Of a DNA stretch of 64,000 nucleotides, positions 27,880 through 38,300 are shown piece by piece. Within the stretch, counting starts at the first letter, position 1, and every line of letters begins with the position of its first letter. Origin of the DNA: Myxococcota bacterium (GTDB lineage: Bacteria; Myxococcota_A; UBA9042; PHBI01; JAWLBL01); contig JAWLBL010000015.1 of the NCBI GenBank assembly GCA_041687695.1, positions 35,627 to 99,626 of the forward strand. The letters are read 5' to 3'. The notes beneath the pieces are model-generated. The model made no database searches. It was not told the origin of the DNA and worked only from the letters and a program-made list of their open reading frames with translations. A program made the position numbers and the translations under genes.

Positions 27880-29159
27880 CCTCGCCCGCCGACCTCCTCG
27901 CCCGCGATCGCGCCGTCGCCTGGCACCCCTTCACCCAGGCAGCCACCGCCCCCGCCCCGCTGCCGGTCGTCGCCGCCCAGGGCGCCTGGCTGCACCTCGC
28001 CGACGGCCGCCGCCTGCTCGACGCCATCAGCAGCTGGTGGACGGTCCTGCACGGCCACGCCCACCCGGCCATCACCGCCGCCATCGCCCGCCAGGCCGCC
28101 ACCCTCGATCACGTCCTGTTCGCGGGCTGCACCCACCCGCCGGCCGTCGCCGTCGCCGAGCGCCTGGTCGCCCTCGCGCCCCCCGGCCTCACCCGGGTCT
28201 TCTTCTCGGACGACGGCTCCACCGCTGTCGAGGTCGCCCTGAAGATGGCCTTCCAGGCCGCCGCCAACCGCGCCGAGCCGGCCCGCCGCGCCTTCGTCGC
28301 CTTCGAGCACGGCTACCACGGCGACACCGTCGGCGCGATGTCCCTGGGCGACCCCGGCGACTTCTCGGGCCCCTTCCGGCCCCTGCTGCTGCCGGTCGAG
28401 CGCGTCCCCACGGACGATCTGGCCCCGCTCGCCGACGTCCTGGCCCGCCGCGGCCCCGAGATCGCCGCCGTCGTCATCGAGCCCATGGTCCAGGGCGCGG
28501 GCGGCATGCGGTTCATGACCCCCGACTTCCTGCGCGGCGTCGCCGATCTCACCCGCCGCGCCGGCGCCCTGCTGGTCGCCGACGAGGTCATGACCGGCTT
28601 CGGCCGCACCGGCCGCTGCTTCGCCGTCGAGCACGCCGGGGTCGCCCCCGATCTGATGTGCGTCGCCAAGAGCCTGACCGGCGGCGTCCTGCCCCTGGCC
28701 GCCACCCTGGCCACCGACGCCGTCTACCAGGCCTTCCTGGGCCCCGACACCCGCCGCGCCTTCCTGCACGGCCACTCCTTCACCGCCAACCCCATCGCCT
28801 GCGCCGCCGCCCTGGCCAGCCTCGAGCTCCTGCCCGCCGCCCTCGTTGACGCCGCCCGCATCCAGGCCTTCTACGCCGCGCGCCTGCCGCCCCTGGCCGC
28901 CCACCCGGCGGTCGCCTCGGTCCGCTGGCTGGGCGCCATCGGCGTCGTCCAGCTGGCCGAGGACGCCGACTACTTCGGCTCGGATCTCGGCCCCCGCCTC
29001 CGCGACGCGCTGCTGGCCCGCGGCGTCCTCGCCCGCCCGCTGGGGCCGGTCCTGTACACGATGCCCCCGCTGGGCATCACCGACGCCGAGCTGGCCGCCC
29101 TGTACGACGCCATCGAGGCCGCCCTCGACGATCTCCCGCCGCCTCACGCGTCCAGGTAG
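27876..29159 (+). CDS. bioA: Adenosylmethionine-8-amino-7-oxononanoate aminotransferase
   Basis: WHPFTQ, DAISSWW, DDGSTAVEVALKMA, YHGDT, DEVMTGFGRTG, KSLTGG, HGHSFTANP. Confidence 0.96.
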   Translation: MTSPADLLARDRAVAWHPFTQAATAPAPLPVVAAQGAWLHLADGRRLLDAISSWWTVLHGHAHPAITAAIARQAATLDHVLFAGCTHPPAVAVAERLVALAPPGLTRVFFSDDGSTAVEVALKMAFQAAANRAEPARRAFVAFEHGYHGDTVGAMSLGDPGDFSGPFRPLLLPVERVPTDDLAPLADVLARRGPEIAAVVIEPMVQGAGGMRFMTPDFLRGVADLTRRAGALLVADEVMTGFGRTGRCFAVEHAGVAPDLMCVAKSLTGGVLPLAATLATDAVYQAFLGPDTRRAFLHGHSFTANPIACAAALASLELLPAALVDAARIQAFYAARLPPLAAHPAVASVRWLGAIGVVQLAEDADYFGSDLGPRLRDALLARGVLARPLGPVLYTMPPLGITDAELAALYDAIEAALDDLPPPHASR

Positions 29160-29995
29160 CGCACCTCGGCCCGCAGCCCCTCGGGCGTGTGCCACACCGC
29201 CAGCGCCGTGGGCGCCTCGGCCCCCAGCACCCCCTCGAACGCCGCCAGCGCGTCCGGCGCCTGCTCGGTCCCCAGCGCCCGCGCCACCTCGACCAACAGC
29301 GCCCGCCCCGGCTCGCGCGCCACCAGCCCGGCCCGCCGCAGCCCGTTCGCGTCGAACGCCGCCGCCACCGACAGCCGCCCGCGCCCCTCGACCTTGAACG
29401 GCGCCAGCACCCGCTCGTCCAGCAGCGCCACCCCGACCCGCGCCAGCAGCCCCATCGCCACCCGCACGTCCCCGCGCGCCGACGACCCGACCGCCGGCAC
29501 CTCGAGGCAGCTCCACGACCCCTGCGCGTCGAACCCGTGGGTCACCTCGCTCGCCCACTGCGCGGCCGGCGCGTCCGCCCACGCCCGCAGCCCGCGCCGC
29601 AGCGCCCCGTCCGGCAGCCCGTCGCCCACCGCGTCCAGCCCCAGCCGCCCCGACAGCGCCCACCCGCACGCCGTCTGCCCCTGCGCCAGCGTCAGCCAGG
29701 CCGCGGCCCGCTCGACGTCCATCACCTCCTCGAGCTCGCCCAGCACCGTCCAGGCCACCCGCGGCGCCCGCAGCGCCGTCAGCGCCGAGCGCAGCCGCAC
29801 CGTCATCGCCCGCGGCGCCCCGGACGCTCGCAGCGTCGCCTGATCCAGCCCCAGCCCGACCTGCACGCCCAGCCGGACGTCCCCGTCCCCTGGCGGCGCC
29901 AGCGTGTCCAGCCAACGTCCGACCAGCCCTCGGCGCCAAGAGGTCACCCGCAGAGACCCCAGCGCCAGGTGCAACCCCATGCGGCCTCGGTCCAC
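29144..29995 (-). CDS. Hypothetical protein
   Basis: 283-aa ORF filling the gap after the FHA gene; protein-like composition; start uncertain. Confidence 0.55.
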   Translation of the reverse strand: MDRGRMGLHLALGSLRVTSWRRGLVGRWLDTLAPPGDGDVRLGVQVGLGLDQATLRASGAPRAMTVRLRSALTALRAPRVAWTVLGELEEVMDVERAAAWLTLAQGQTACGWALSGRLGLDAVGDGLPDGALRRGLRAWADAPAAQWASEVTHGFDAQGSWSCLEVPAVGSSARGDVRVAMGLLARVGVALLDERVLAPFKVEGRGRLSVAAAFDANGLRRAGLVAREPGRALLVEVARALGTEQAPDALAAFEGVLGAEAPTALAVWHTPEGLRAEVRYLDA

Positions 29996-30085
29996 GCGAC
30001 ACCTCTTCGGTTGGCTGGTTCCTTCCAGCCTCCGCCGAGGGCCGTCGACGCGCCATTACAGCGCGTTACGGACCGCCGACGCGCG

Positions 30086-31036
30086 CTACAGGCTCTCGAT
30101 GAGCAGCCTGGCGACGCCCAGCCGCAGCTGCCCGGTGCCCTGGCGCCGCTCGATCAGATCGACCGCGTTGCCGATGCCGAGCGAGCTGATCAGGCGCCGC
30201 GCCCGGCAGATGTGCACGTTCAGCGTCGCCACGTCGGTCTTGAGCATCCGCACCAGCTCGTCGGTGTGGATCCAGCCGTGCTCGGCGGGGCCCAGATCGC
30301 CCTCGAGGGCGTCCTGCTCGCGCAGCCGCGCCAGGACCAGCAGCAGGTAGGTGAACGACCGCGTCGGCACCGGGATCGGGTCGCCCTCCTCCATCAGCAG
30401 CTGCGTCTCGACGTACTCCTCGTCCTGGCTGACCCCGAAGCGCAGGCCCACGTTGCTGATCTTCGGCTGCGCCAGATCGATCGTCGCGTCCAGGCGCGAC
30501 GGCAGGTGCAGCCGCCAGCGCTCGCCGCCGGCCTCGATCACGTCGCCGTCGCTCAGCTCGACCCGTCGATCGCCCACCTCGGCCGTCCACGCGCCCAGCT
30601 CCTCGAAGATCGTCACCTCGGGTCGGTCCGCCTCGGGCAACACCAGCAGCCCGTCCATGGCCTCGGCCGAGGCGTCGCCGCCGACCGCGAAGGCCATCGC
30701 CTGCGGCGCGTCGTCGTCCACCAGCCGCCAGCGCTCCTCCTCGTTGCCGAAGGCCAGCGTCGATCCGGCCGCCAGACGCACCGAGGCGCCCGACGGCAGA
30801 CGCTGCCCGTCGACGAAGGTGCCGTTGCGGCTGCCAAGATCGCGGACCTCCCAGTACCCCATCGTCCACCCGAGCACCGCGTGCTCGCGCGAGATGTAGC
30901 GCCGGTCGATGCGCACCGCACAAGCGGAGGTGCGTCCGACCAGGGCCCGACCGGGCAGGTGGAGGCGGCGACCGTCTTCCGTTCTCTCGAGGGCTCCCAT
31001 CGCGGGGGAAGATAGTCTGATCAGGGGGTTGCGCAC
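30086..31036 (-). CDS. FHA-domain protein with C-terminal winged-helix-like region
   Basis: VGRTS...ISREHA...VRDLGSRNGTFVDG; C-terminal LNVHICRARRL...LIERR. Confidence 0.88.
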   Translation of the reverse strand: MRNPLIRLSSPAMGALERTEDGRRLHLPGRALVGRTSACAVRIDRRYISREHAVLGWTMGYWEVRDLGSRNGTFVDGQRLPSGASVRLAAGSTLAFGNEEERWRLVDDDAPQAMAFAVGGDASAEAMDGLLVLPEADRPEVTIFEELGAWTAEVGDRRVELSDGDVIEAGGERWRLHLPSRLDATIDLAQPKISNVGLRFGVSQDEEYVETQLLMEEGDPIPVPTRSFTYLLLVLARLREQDALEGDLGPAEHGWIHTDELVRMLKTDVATLNVHICRARRLISSLGIGNAVDLIERRQGTGQLRLGVARLLIESL

Positions 31037-31174
31037 AACTTAGGCGACCAACTCCGCCCAGAGGCCGCGCCCCGGGCCCGCGGCAGGCGCCCCCGCGCGC
31101 CCTCGACGGCCCTGCAACCCTGCGCCGTGGCGCCGCTTGGGCCCGCGCCCGTTCTCGGCGATACTCCGCCCGCC

Positions 31175-34100
31175 ATGATGCCTCAGGTCCTCTACTGCCC
31201 GTCCTGTGAGCGCGAGTTCCCGGCCCCCCCGTCCGGCCCGGGGCTACTGCCGTCGTGCCCCAACGACTCGACGCCGCTGTACCTCTTCCCCCGCGGCGTC
31301 CACCCCGGCGACGTCATCGACGGGCGCTACACCCTCGAGCGCCCCCTGGGCCAGGGCGGCATGGGCATCGTCTTCGCGGCGCGTCAACACGCCGTCGACC
31401 GCTCGATCGCCCTCAAGTTCCTCCACGGCGGCAACGCGGCCGATCCCTGCGAGCTCAAGCGCTTCCTCCGCGAGGCCCGCATGAGCGCCGCCATCACCCA
31501 CCCCAACGTCGTGACCGTCCACGACTACGGCCAGACCGCGACCGGCCAGATCTACATCGCCATGGAGCTCATCCACGGCCACCTGCTCTCGCACGTCCTC
31601 GAGGCCGAGGCCCCGCTGTCGCCGCGCCGCGCCGCCATCATCACCGCGCAGGCCGCCGAGGCCCTGTCGGCCGCCCACGCGCGCGGGGTCATCCACCGCG
31701 ATCTCAAGCCCGCCAACGTCTTCCTCGTCCCCGGCGAGGGCGGCGCCGACCTGGTCAAGGTGGTCGACTTCGGCCTGGCCAAGGCCGTCGCCACCCCGGG
31801 CGAGGCCCGCTCGCTGACCGCCACGGGCACCGTCCTGGGCACGCCCGCCTACATGAGCCCCGAGCAGATCCAGAACGGCTTCATCACCCCGGCCAGCGAC
31901 TTCTACGCCCTGGGCTGCCTGCTCTACGAGATGCTCACCGGCGCGCCGCCCTTCCGCGGCAGCATGCTCGACGTCATCATGGGCCAGCTGGGCCGCGATC
32001 CCGCGCCGCCTTCGATGGCCTCTGGCCGCGACGACACCCCCAAGGCCATCGAGCGCCTCTGCCTCGATCTGCTCGCCAAGGACCCGTCCAAGCGCCCCTC
32101 GACCGCCGCCGAGGTCACCACGCGCCTCGAGCCCTGGCTGGCCAAGGCCCCGCGCCCCATCACCTCGGCCGTCGTCCACCCCATCTCCGAGCCCGTCCGC
32201 GCCGCCCGCCCGGCGCTCAAGGCGCCCTTCATCGGGCGCGTCGAGCTGCGCGCCCGGCTCGAGGGCCTGATGGATCGGTCCATCCTCGGCCGCGAGGGGT
32301 GCCTGGTGGTGCTCGAGGGCCCCGGCGGCGTCGGCAAGTCGCGCCTGGCCGGCTGGCTCGAGGGCCACGCGATGCGTCAGGGCTGGCGCGTCGCGCGCGG
32401 CCTGCACCAGGAGGCTTCGGGCGGGGCGCTGGGCGCCATCCGCGAGGCGCTGCAGGTCCTCGAGCGTCCGACCCGCGCCTCGAGCCTGACCATCCCCATC
32501 ACGCCCCCCAACGGCGTGTCGGCCCCGGCCAGGGACGCCGCCCCCTCGCCCCACGATCTGGCCCCGCCTGCGCTCATCCAGCGCGTCGCCGAGTGCATGG
32601 CCCAGGAGCCGACCCTCGTCGTGCTCGAGGATCTCCGCGGCCCCCGCCCCTTCGAGCCGGACGTGCTCGAGCACCTGGCCTTCGCGGTCGCCGAGTGCGA
32701 GCGCCCGGCCATGGTGGTGCTGGCCGTTCGCTCCGACGCGGGTGGCGGCGCCGAGTCCGCCCACGACGCGGCGAAGCTGGTGACCGTCCTGCGCGACCGC
32801 CAGCACCACATCCGCGTCGGGCCGCTGACGCCGGTCGAGATGGGCGCGCTGATCGAGGCCGCGCTGCCCGGCGCCGACCCCGAGCTGGTCGGACACGTCC
32901 GCGATCACGCCGGCGGCAGCCCGCTGCACGCCCTGCAGCTGCTCCGCCACCTGGCCAGCGAGGGCGCGCTGCGGTTCCAGGACCGCGGCTGGCGCCTGGT
33001 GCGGCAGCCGACCATGCCCGCCGAGCTGCAGGCCCTGCTCCGCGAGCGCCTGAACCGCCTGCGCCTGTCGGGGCCCGAGGGCGAGGCCCAGCAGGCCCTG
33101 CTGACCCGCGCCGCCCTGCTGGGGCCCCGGCTGTCGGTGCGGTGGCTCGAGGGCCTGTTACAGCGCGAGGGGCGCTACGATCTGATCGAGGGGCTCGATC
33201 GGCGGCTGGACCGCCTGATCACCGACGGCTGGCTGCGGGATCTAGAGGTCTGGGACGACGACGTCCTGCAGTTCGACCACGGCTACGTCCACGAGGCGCT
33301 GGTCTCGATGATGGAGGGCCGACGGGCGGCGCGTGCGCTGCATCGCCACGCGGCCGAGGCGCTCGAGTTGGCCTTCGCGGGGCAGCCCGACGTGCACGCG
33401 CGGCCCATCGGCGAGCACTGGGCCGGCGGCGGCGAGGCGGCGCGCGCGCTGCCGTGGATGATCCGGGCCGCGCAGAGCGCCGAGGCCCGCTTCGTCCCGC
33501 GCGAGGCGCTCGAGGCGTGGCGGCGGGCCGAGAGCCTGCTGGACGCGGCCGGCGCTGGCGACGAGATCGCGGCCAGCGTCCGCCTGGGCATCGCGCGGCA
33601 GCAGCTGGGGCTGGGCCAGCACGACGAGGCCGAGGCGACGGCGCGGCTGCTGCGCGAGGACGACCCCGAGCGGCTCGAGCTGTTGGGAGATCTGGCCGAC
33701 GCGCGGGCCCGCGACGACGAAGCGCTGGAGCGGTTCACGCAGGCGGCCGAAGCGTGGCGGGCCGTCGGCGCGAGATCCAGGGCCGCCAGCGTCGACCTGA
33801 GACGCGGCCGCACGCTGTACAAGCGGTCCCGGGTGCCAGAGGCCGAGGCGCTGTACCGCCACGTGCTCGACGTGGCGATGGAGACCGGCGACAAGCGCCT
33901 CGAGGCCGACGCCTGCAACGCGCTGACCGAGCTCAACAACCGCCTGGAGCGGCGCGATGAGGCCATGGCCTTCATCGCCCGCGAGGAGCGCCTGCGCCGC
34001 GAGCAGGGCGACCCGGTGGCGCTCGGGCGCTGCCTGTACGTCAAGATGGGCCTGCACACCGCGAAGCACGAGACGGCGCTGGCCGCGCGCGACATGGCCG

Positions 34101-34570
34101 AGGCGCTCGAGCTGCTCACGCGCGCCGGTCACCGACGCGGTCTGGCCCACACCCTGCGCCTGGCGGGCGTGGTCGCCCTGGGCGAGGGGCGTCTCGACGA
34201 GGCGCTGACCATCGTGACGCGCGCGAAGGTCCTGTTCGAGCGCCTCGGCGACCGACGCGGCGAGCAGCGCGCGTTGGCCGAGACGGCCGACGTCTATGTG
34301 GCCATGAAGCGCTTCGACGTGGCGCTCGAATACGCCCAGGCCTGCCTCGAGCTCGCGGAGTCGCTCGGACCCTACGATCAGGTGAACGGGCTCATCACCG
34401 TGGGCGAGACGCTGCTGCACGCGGGGCGCGCCGAGGCTGCCATCGAGCCGCTGCAACGCGCCATTTCGCTGGGCCGCGACAACCATGTAGGGGCGCACGA
34501 TCTCTCGATCGCTCGCGCGGCGCTGGACAATGCCCTGCGCCTGCTGCCGCCGGTGGACGTCGAGGGCTGA
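31175..34570 (+). CDS. Ser/Thr kinase - STAND-like ATPase - TPR protein
   Basis: CPSC/CPND zinc-ribbon-like start, LGQGGMG, HRDLKPAN, DFGLAK, GTPAYMSPEQ; Walker A GPGGVGKS, Walker B VVLEDL; helical repeats. Confidence 0.92.
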   Translation: MMPQVLYCPSCEREFPAPPSGPGLLPSCPNDSTPLYLFPRGVHPGDVIDGRYTLERPLGQGGMGIVFAARQHAVDRSIALKFLHGGNAADPCELKRFLREARMSAAITHPNVVTVHDYGQTATGQIYIAMELIHGHLLSHVLEAEAPLSPRRAAIITAQAAEALSAAHARGVIHRDLKPANVFLVPGEGGADLVKVVDFGLAKAVATPGEARSLTATGTVLGTPAYMSPEQIQNGFITPASDFYALGCLLYEMLTGAPPFRGSMLDVIMGQLGRDPAPPSMASGRDDTPKAIERLCLDLLAKDPSKRPSTAAEVTTRLEPWLAKAPRPITSAVVHPISEPVRAARPALKAPFIGRVELRARLEGLMDRSILGREGCLVVLEGPGGVGKSRLAGWLEGHAMRQGWRVARGLHQEASGGALGAIREALQVLERPTRASSLTIPITPPNGVSAPARDAAPSPHDLAPPALIQRVAECMAQEPTLVVLEDLRGPRPFEPDVLEHLAFAVAECERPAMVVLAVRSDAGGGAESAHDAAKLVTVLRDRQHHIRVGPLTPVEMGALIEAALPGADPELVGHVRDHAGGSPLHALQLLRHLASEGALRFQDRGWRLVRQPTMPAELQALLRERLNRLRLSGPEGEAQQALLTRAALLGPRLSVRWLEGLLQREGRYDLIEGLDRRLDRLITDGWLRDLEVWDDDVLQFDHGYVHEALVSMMEGRRAARALHRHAAEALELAFAGQPDVHARPIGEHWAGGGEAARALPWMIRAAQSAEARFVPREALEAWRRAESLLDAAGAGDEIAASVRLGIARQQLGLGQHDEAEATARLLREDDPERLELLGDLADARARDDEALERFTQAAEAWRAVGARSRAASVDLRRGRTLYKRSRVPEAEALYRHVLDVAMETGDKRLEADACNALTELNNRLERRDEAMAFIAREERLRREQGDPVALGRCLYVKMGLHTAKHETALAARDMAEALELLTRAGHRRGLAHTLRLAGVVALGEGRLDEALTIVTRAKVLFERLGDRRGEQRALAETADVYVAMKRFDVALEYAQACLELAESLGPYDQVNGLITVGETLLHAGRAEAAIEPLQRAISLGRDNHVGAHDLSIARAALDNALRLLPPVDVEG

Positions 34571-34758
34571 AACCCCGGCCAATCTGGCCGATTTCGATCC
34601 GTCCTCGCGGGATCGTCGTCCTTTCACGCGGCCTCGAGCGCCGCGCGGGCCGCAGTGCGCGCAAAACCCCCTTGCGTCCGTCGACGCGCTGGTCCATGCT
34701 GAACGACGCTACCTCTCCAGGTAGCGTGGCTCAAGCTATTGGAAAGAGGGGAGAAACG

Positions 34759-35169
34759 ATGTCTCTGACATATCCGCACTCGTGTACCCTGGGGACCGGT
34801 GCGACCACGCTCACGTTCGCCGACGGGATGGTGCTGACCATCGCGTCGGGCACTTTCACGTCCAGCACCTCGGTGACCGTCGACAAGATCACCGCGCAGG
34901 CGCCGGCGGGCCAGGACTCGGTCTCGGTCTGTTACACGCTCGAGGACTCCAACGGCGACTCCGTCGCCATCGAGCGCGAGATCACCGTGGTGATCCCGAC
35001 CACCGAGGCCACCAGCGGCAGCGTCACCTACGACCTGTACTACAACCCGCAGGGGCACCACAGCCCCGAGGGCTGGCTGCCCACCGAGGACGGGCCCACT
35101 CGCGAGTCCACCTACCTGCTGGCCGGCGTGCTGCCGCACTGGGCCGACTTCGAGGCGACCAAGCGCTGA
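34759..35169 (+). CDS. Small beta-rich protein, ZU5-like
   Basis: Purine-rich RBS before ATG 34759; pattern LTIASGT...VSVCYTL...EITVVIP...LYY...W...LPHWADF. Confidence 0.55.
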   Translation: MSLTYPHSCTLGTGATTLTFADGMVLTIASGTFTSSTSVTVDKITAQAPAGQDSVSVCYTLEDSNGDSVAIEREITVVIPTTEATSGSVTYDLYYNPQGHHSPEGWLPTEDGPTRESTYLLAGVLPHWADFEATKR

Positions 35170-35195
35170 CGCGCCGCAGCACACGCCACCCGGAC

Positions 35196-35220
35196 GGCCC
35201 CGAGAGGGGACGGGGCTTTC
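35196..35220 (+). terminator. Possible intrinsic terminator
   Basis: GGCCCCG-loop-CGGGGCT followed by a short T run, between convergent genes. Confidence 0.35.
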
Positions 35221-35373
35221 CGGGTGCGCGTGTCCTTCGCATCGCCGCGCGCCCGGTCCCCCCGAGCGCGCGGCGATGCCGCGTCGCGAATTTCATGGTG
35301 GATGTGCCATGTGCCATGTGCCACCTTGGTGGCAATCCGTGAATTCCTGGCGAGGCGAGAAAGCCGCACAATG

Positions 35374-38300
35374 TCACGGCCGGGCCGTCGCGCGCAGGCG
35401 CAGGTTCGCGCTGTAGCCGTGCACCGACGGGTCGTAATAGGCGAAGGCGCGCGCGCCGTGTTGGGTGACGTCGCAGGCGGCCGTGGCCTCGAGGGCATAG
35501 TCCAGGGTCACCGTCTCGCCCGCGCCGAGCTGCGTCATATACAGCTGCAGCTCGCGGCCGTGGTCCTCGAAGCGGGCCAGACGGCCCTCCGCGACCAGCC
35601 GCTCGAGCGAGCGGGCGTCCACCTCGAAGCCGGGCGGCACCGGCACCACGGCGGTCGGCATCGCCAGCACCGCGCTGCCCGGGTGGGTCAGGCGCAGCCG
35701 CATCGGCACCTGGCCGCCGACCTGCGTCTGGGGTGAGTCGGTCGTCAGCGAGACCGCGAGCCCGCTCTCGACCGCCTCGGCCTGCTCGGCGCCGCGCCAC
35801 CTCGCGCGCAGCTCGACCCTCAGGCGCCCCGGGACCTCGGTCGACACGCGCAGCGCGTGCTCGCCGGGTGACAGACCGCCGGGCAGCTTCAGCGTCGGCA
35901 CGCCGTCCCCCGCCAGGTCCAGCGACGCCGGCGCCCGGCCGTCCAGGGCCACCTCGACCAGCCCCTCCTCGGCCGGCGCGGCCCCCTCGGCGTGTGCTGC
36001 CAGCGCGCGCAGCGACTGAACGGTCGCCTGGGTCGTGCCCCAGCCGCCGCGCGGATCCCGGGCCGCCCACAGCCACTCCAGCATCGCCTCCGCCGGCAGG
36101 GCGTCGCCCAGCGTCGCTGCCAGCGCCGTCACCTCGACGTCCGCCGCCCGCCCGCCCCCGTACAGCAGCGTCGGCGCCTGCATCGCGACGAAGCGCGCGT
36201 CCCCCTCGGTCTTCAGGTGCGCCGTCACCAGGCGCGTCGCCGCCGCCGAGGGGCGCCCCGCCAGCCGCGCGGCCGCCGCCCACAGCGCCGCCACGTACGG
36301 GCCGTCGACGCTCGCCGCGTTGCGCTGCAAGAAGGCCAGCGCCTTGCCCAGCGCAGGGTCCTCCGGCGCGGCCTGCGCCAGCGCCCAGGCGATCCACGCC
36401 GTCGTCGCGACCGTCCCCTGCTGCGCGCTCCAGTCGTGCAGCCACTTCGGGTCGGGCTCCCACGACCCGTCCGGCCGCTGCAGCCCCACCAGCCACTGCC
36501 GCGTGCGCTCGATGACCGCCGGGTCGACCGGGTAGACCCGCGCCATGTCGCTGAACTGCGCCAGCCCATAGGCGGTCAACACCCGGTTGGCCGGCGCGTC
36601 GCCGAACCACGAGAACCCGCCGCCCTTCACCTCGTAGCGCAGCAGCCGCTGGTAGCCCTTGGCGACCAGCTCCCGCGCCCGCGCCCGCGCCGCGTCGCGC
36701 CCCCGCCGCCCCTCGAGCAGCCGCAGCACCAGCAGGTTGGGGTAGGTCGTCGTGCTGGTCTGCTCGAAGCACCCGGTCGGCTCCCGCAGCAGGTCCTCCA
36801 GCCCGTCCAGCGCCTGGTCGCTGGCGTCCCGGAACACCCGCACGCGCCCGTCCAGGCTCTCGGGCGACAGCGTCGCCGGCAGCGTGAACGGCAGCACCAG
36901 CCGCCCCCCCGCGCCCGCGCTCACCCGCCCGGTCGCCACCAGGAACTCCGGCCGCCCCGGCGGGTCCACGACCACCGGCCGCCGCATCGCGTCCACCTCG
37001 CCGCCCTCGTCCGACAGCCGCAGCGTCAGGCTCGCCTCGCCGGCCGCCTCGGCCACCAGCGGCACCGGCACCGCCGCCGTCGCCCCGTCCGGCACCACCA
37101 CGCTCTGCAGCCCGCCCCCGTCCAGCCGCACCGCCCCCGCGGCCGCCGCCTCGACCGTCAGCCGCCGCTCGGCCCCCGAGTGGTTCGCCACCACCGCCTG
37201 AACCGTGAACCGGTCGCCCACCGTCAGCCGCTCGGGCAGCGCCGCGTCCACCGCCATCGGCAGGAACGTCTCGAGGCGCCCCTTGGCGTGCCCGACCGCC
37301 CCCCGCGGCGACAGCGCCTCGACCGCCACCTCCCAGCCCGTGACGCTGTCGGCCAGCGGCACCTGCAGCGTCGCCCGCCCCTGTCCGTCCGTCCGCGTCC
37401 CCACGCTCCACAGCACCGTCTCGTCGAACCGCTCGCGCAGCGGAGCGGTCAGCGCCCCCATCATGGCCCCGCGCGCGATGGACCCCACCTTGTTGAAGGC
37501 CAGCGAGCCGTTGCGTCCCGCCAGCGTCCCCACGCCGGCGGCCCCATAGGCGGCCATGAGCCAGCCACGGCCGCTGCCCGGCGTCATCACCTCGGGCAGA
37601 ACCAGGTCGTCGCCCGTGCCCACCCGGCCGTCCGGCCCCGGCGCGACCAGGCTCAGGCCCTCGCCCCGCGCCTTGACCAGCGCCACGCGCCCGCCCCACG
37701 CGTCGAGCCGCAGCGCCTCCGGCAGCCCGCTCACGGCGTCCAGCCCCCGCGCCACCAGCGCCGCCCGGTCCACGCCCTGCGCCTCCGCCAGCCGCTCGAC
37801 CTCACTCTCCAACCGCTCCAGCCGCTCCCAGCTGATCCCCGACGCGGCCGCCGCCGCCGTGATCTCCCCGCCCGCCGCCTCGACGTCGCCCCACGTCAGC
37901 GCCGCCCCGAACGGCCCGCGCCGCCGCTCCTCCTCGACCCCGCCCCGCGCCAGCGCCTCGGCGACCGTCACCGCGGGCACCCACCGCGCCCCCTCCCGCC
38001 GCACCAGCGCGCCCGGGCTGGCGCGCAGCCCCTCGACCAGCGCCTCGGCCAGCTCGCCCACCTGCCGCGCCACCTGCGCGCGCCGCGCCTCGGCGGGCGC
38101 CATCACCACCGGGTCTCCGGCCGCCCCCAGCACGGCGTCCAGGATGCCCCGCAGCAGCGCTCGCGCCCCCGCCCGCCCGGCCTCGGGCAGGTAGTCCCGG
38201 AAGGTCAGCCCCGCCGCCGTCGCCGCCTCCAGCCCGCCGAAGCGCACCGCCTCGGCCAGCGGCTGACGCGGCGGCCCCAGGGTCAGCACCCGCTCGTCGA

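Noticed and set aside
25114..29159. Absence of bioC/bioH/bioW as a novel biotin route
   Set aside because: bioBFDA clusters without pimelate-supply genes are common and those genes may lie elsewhere
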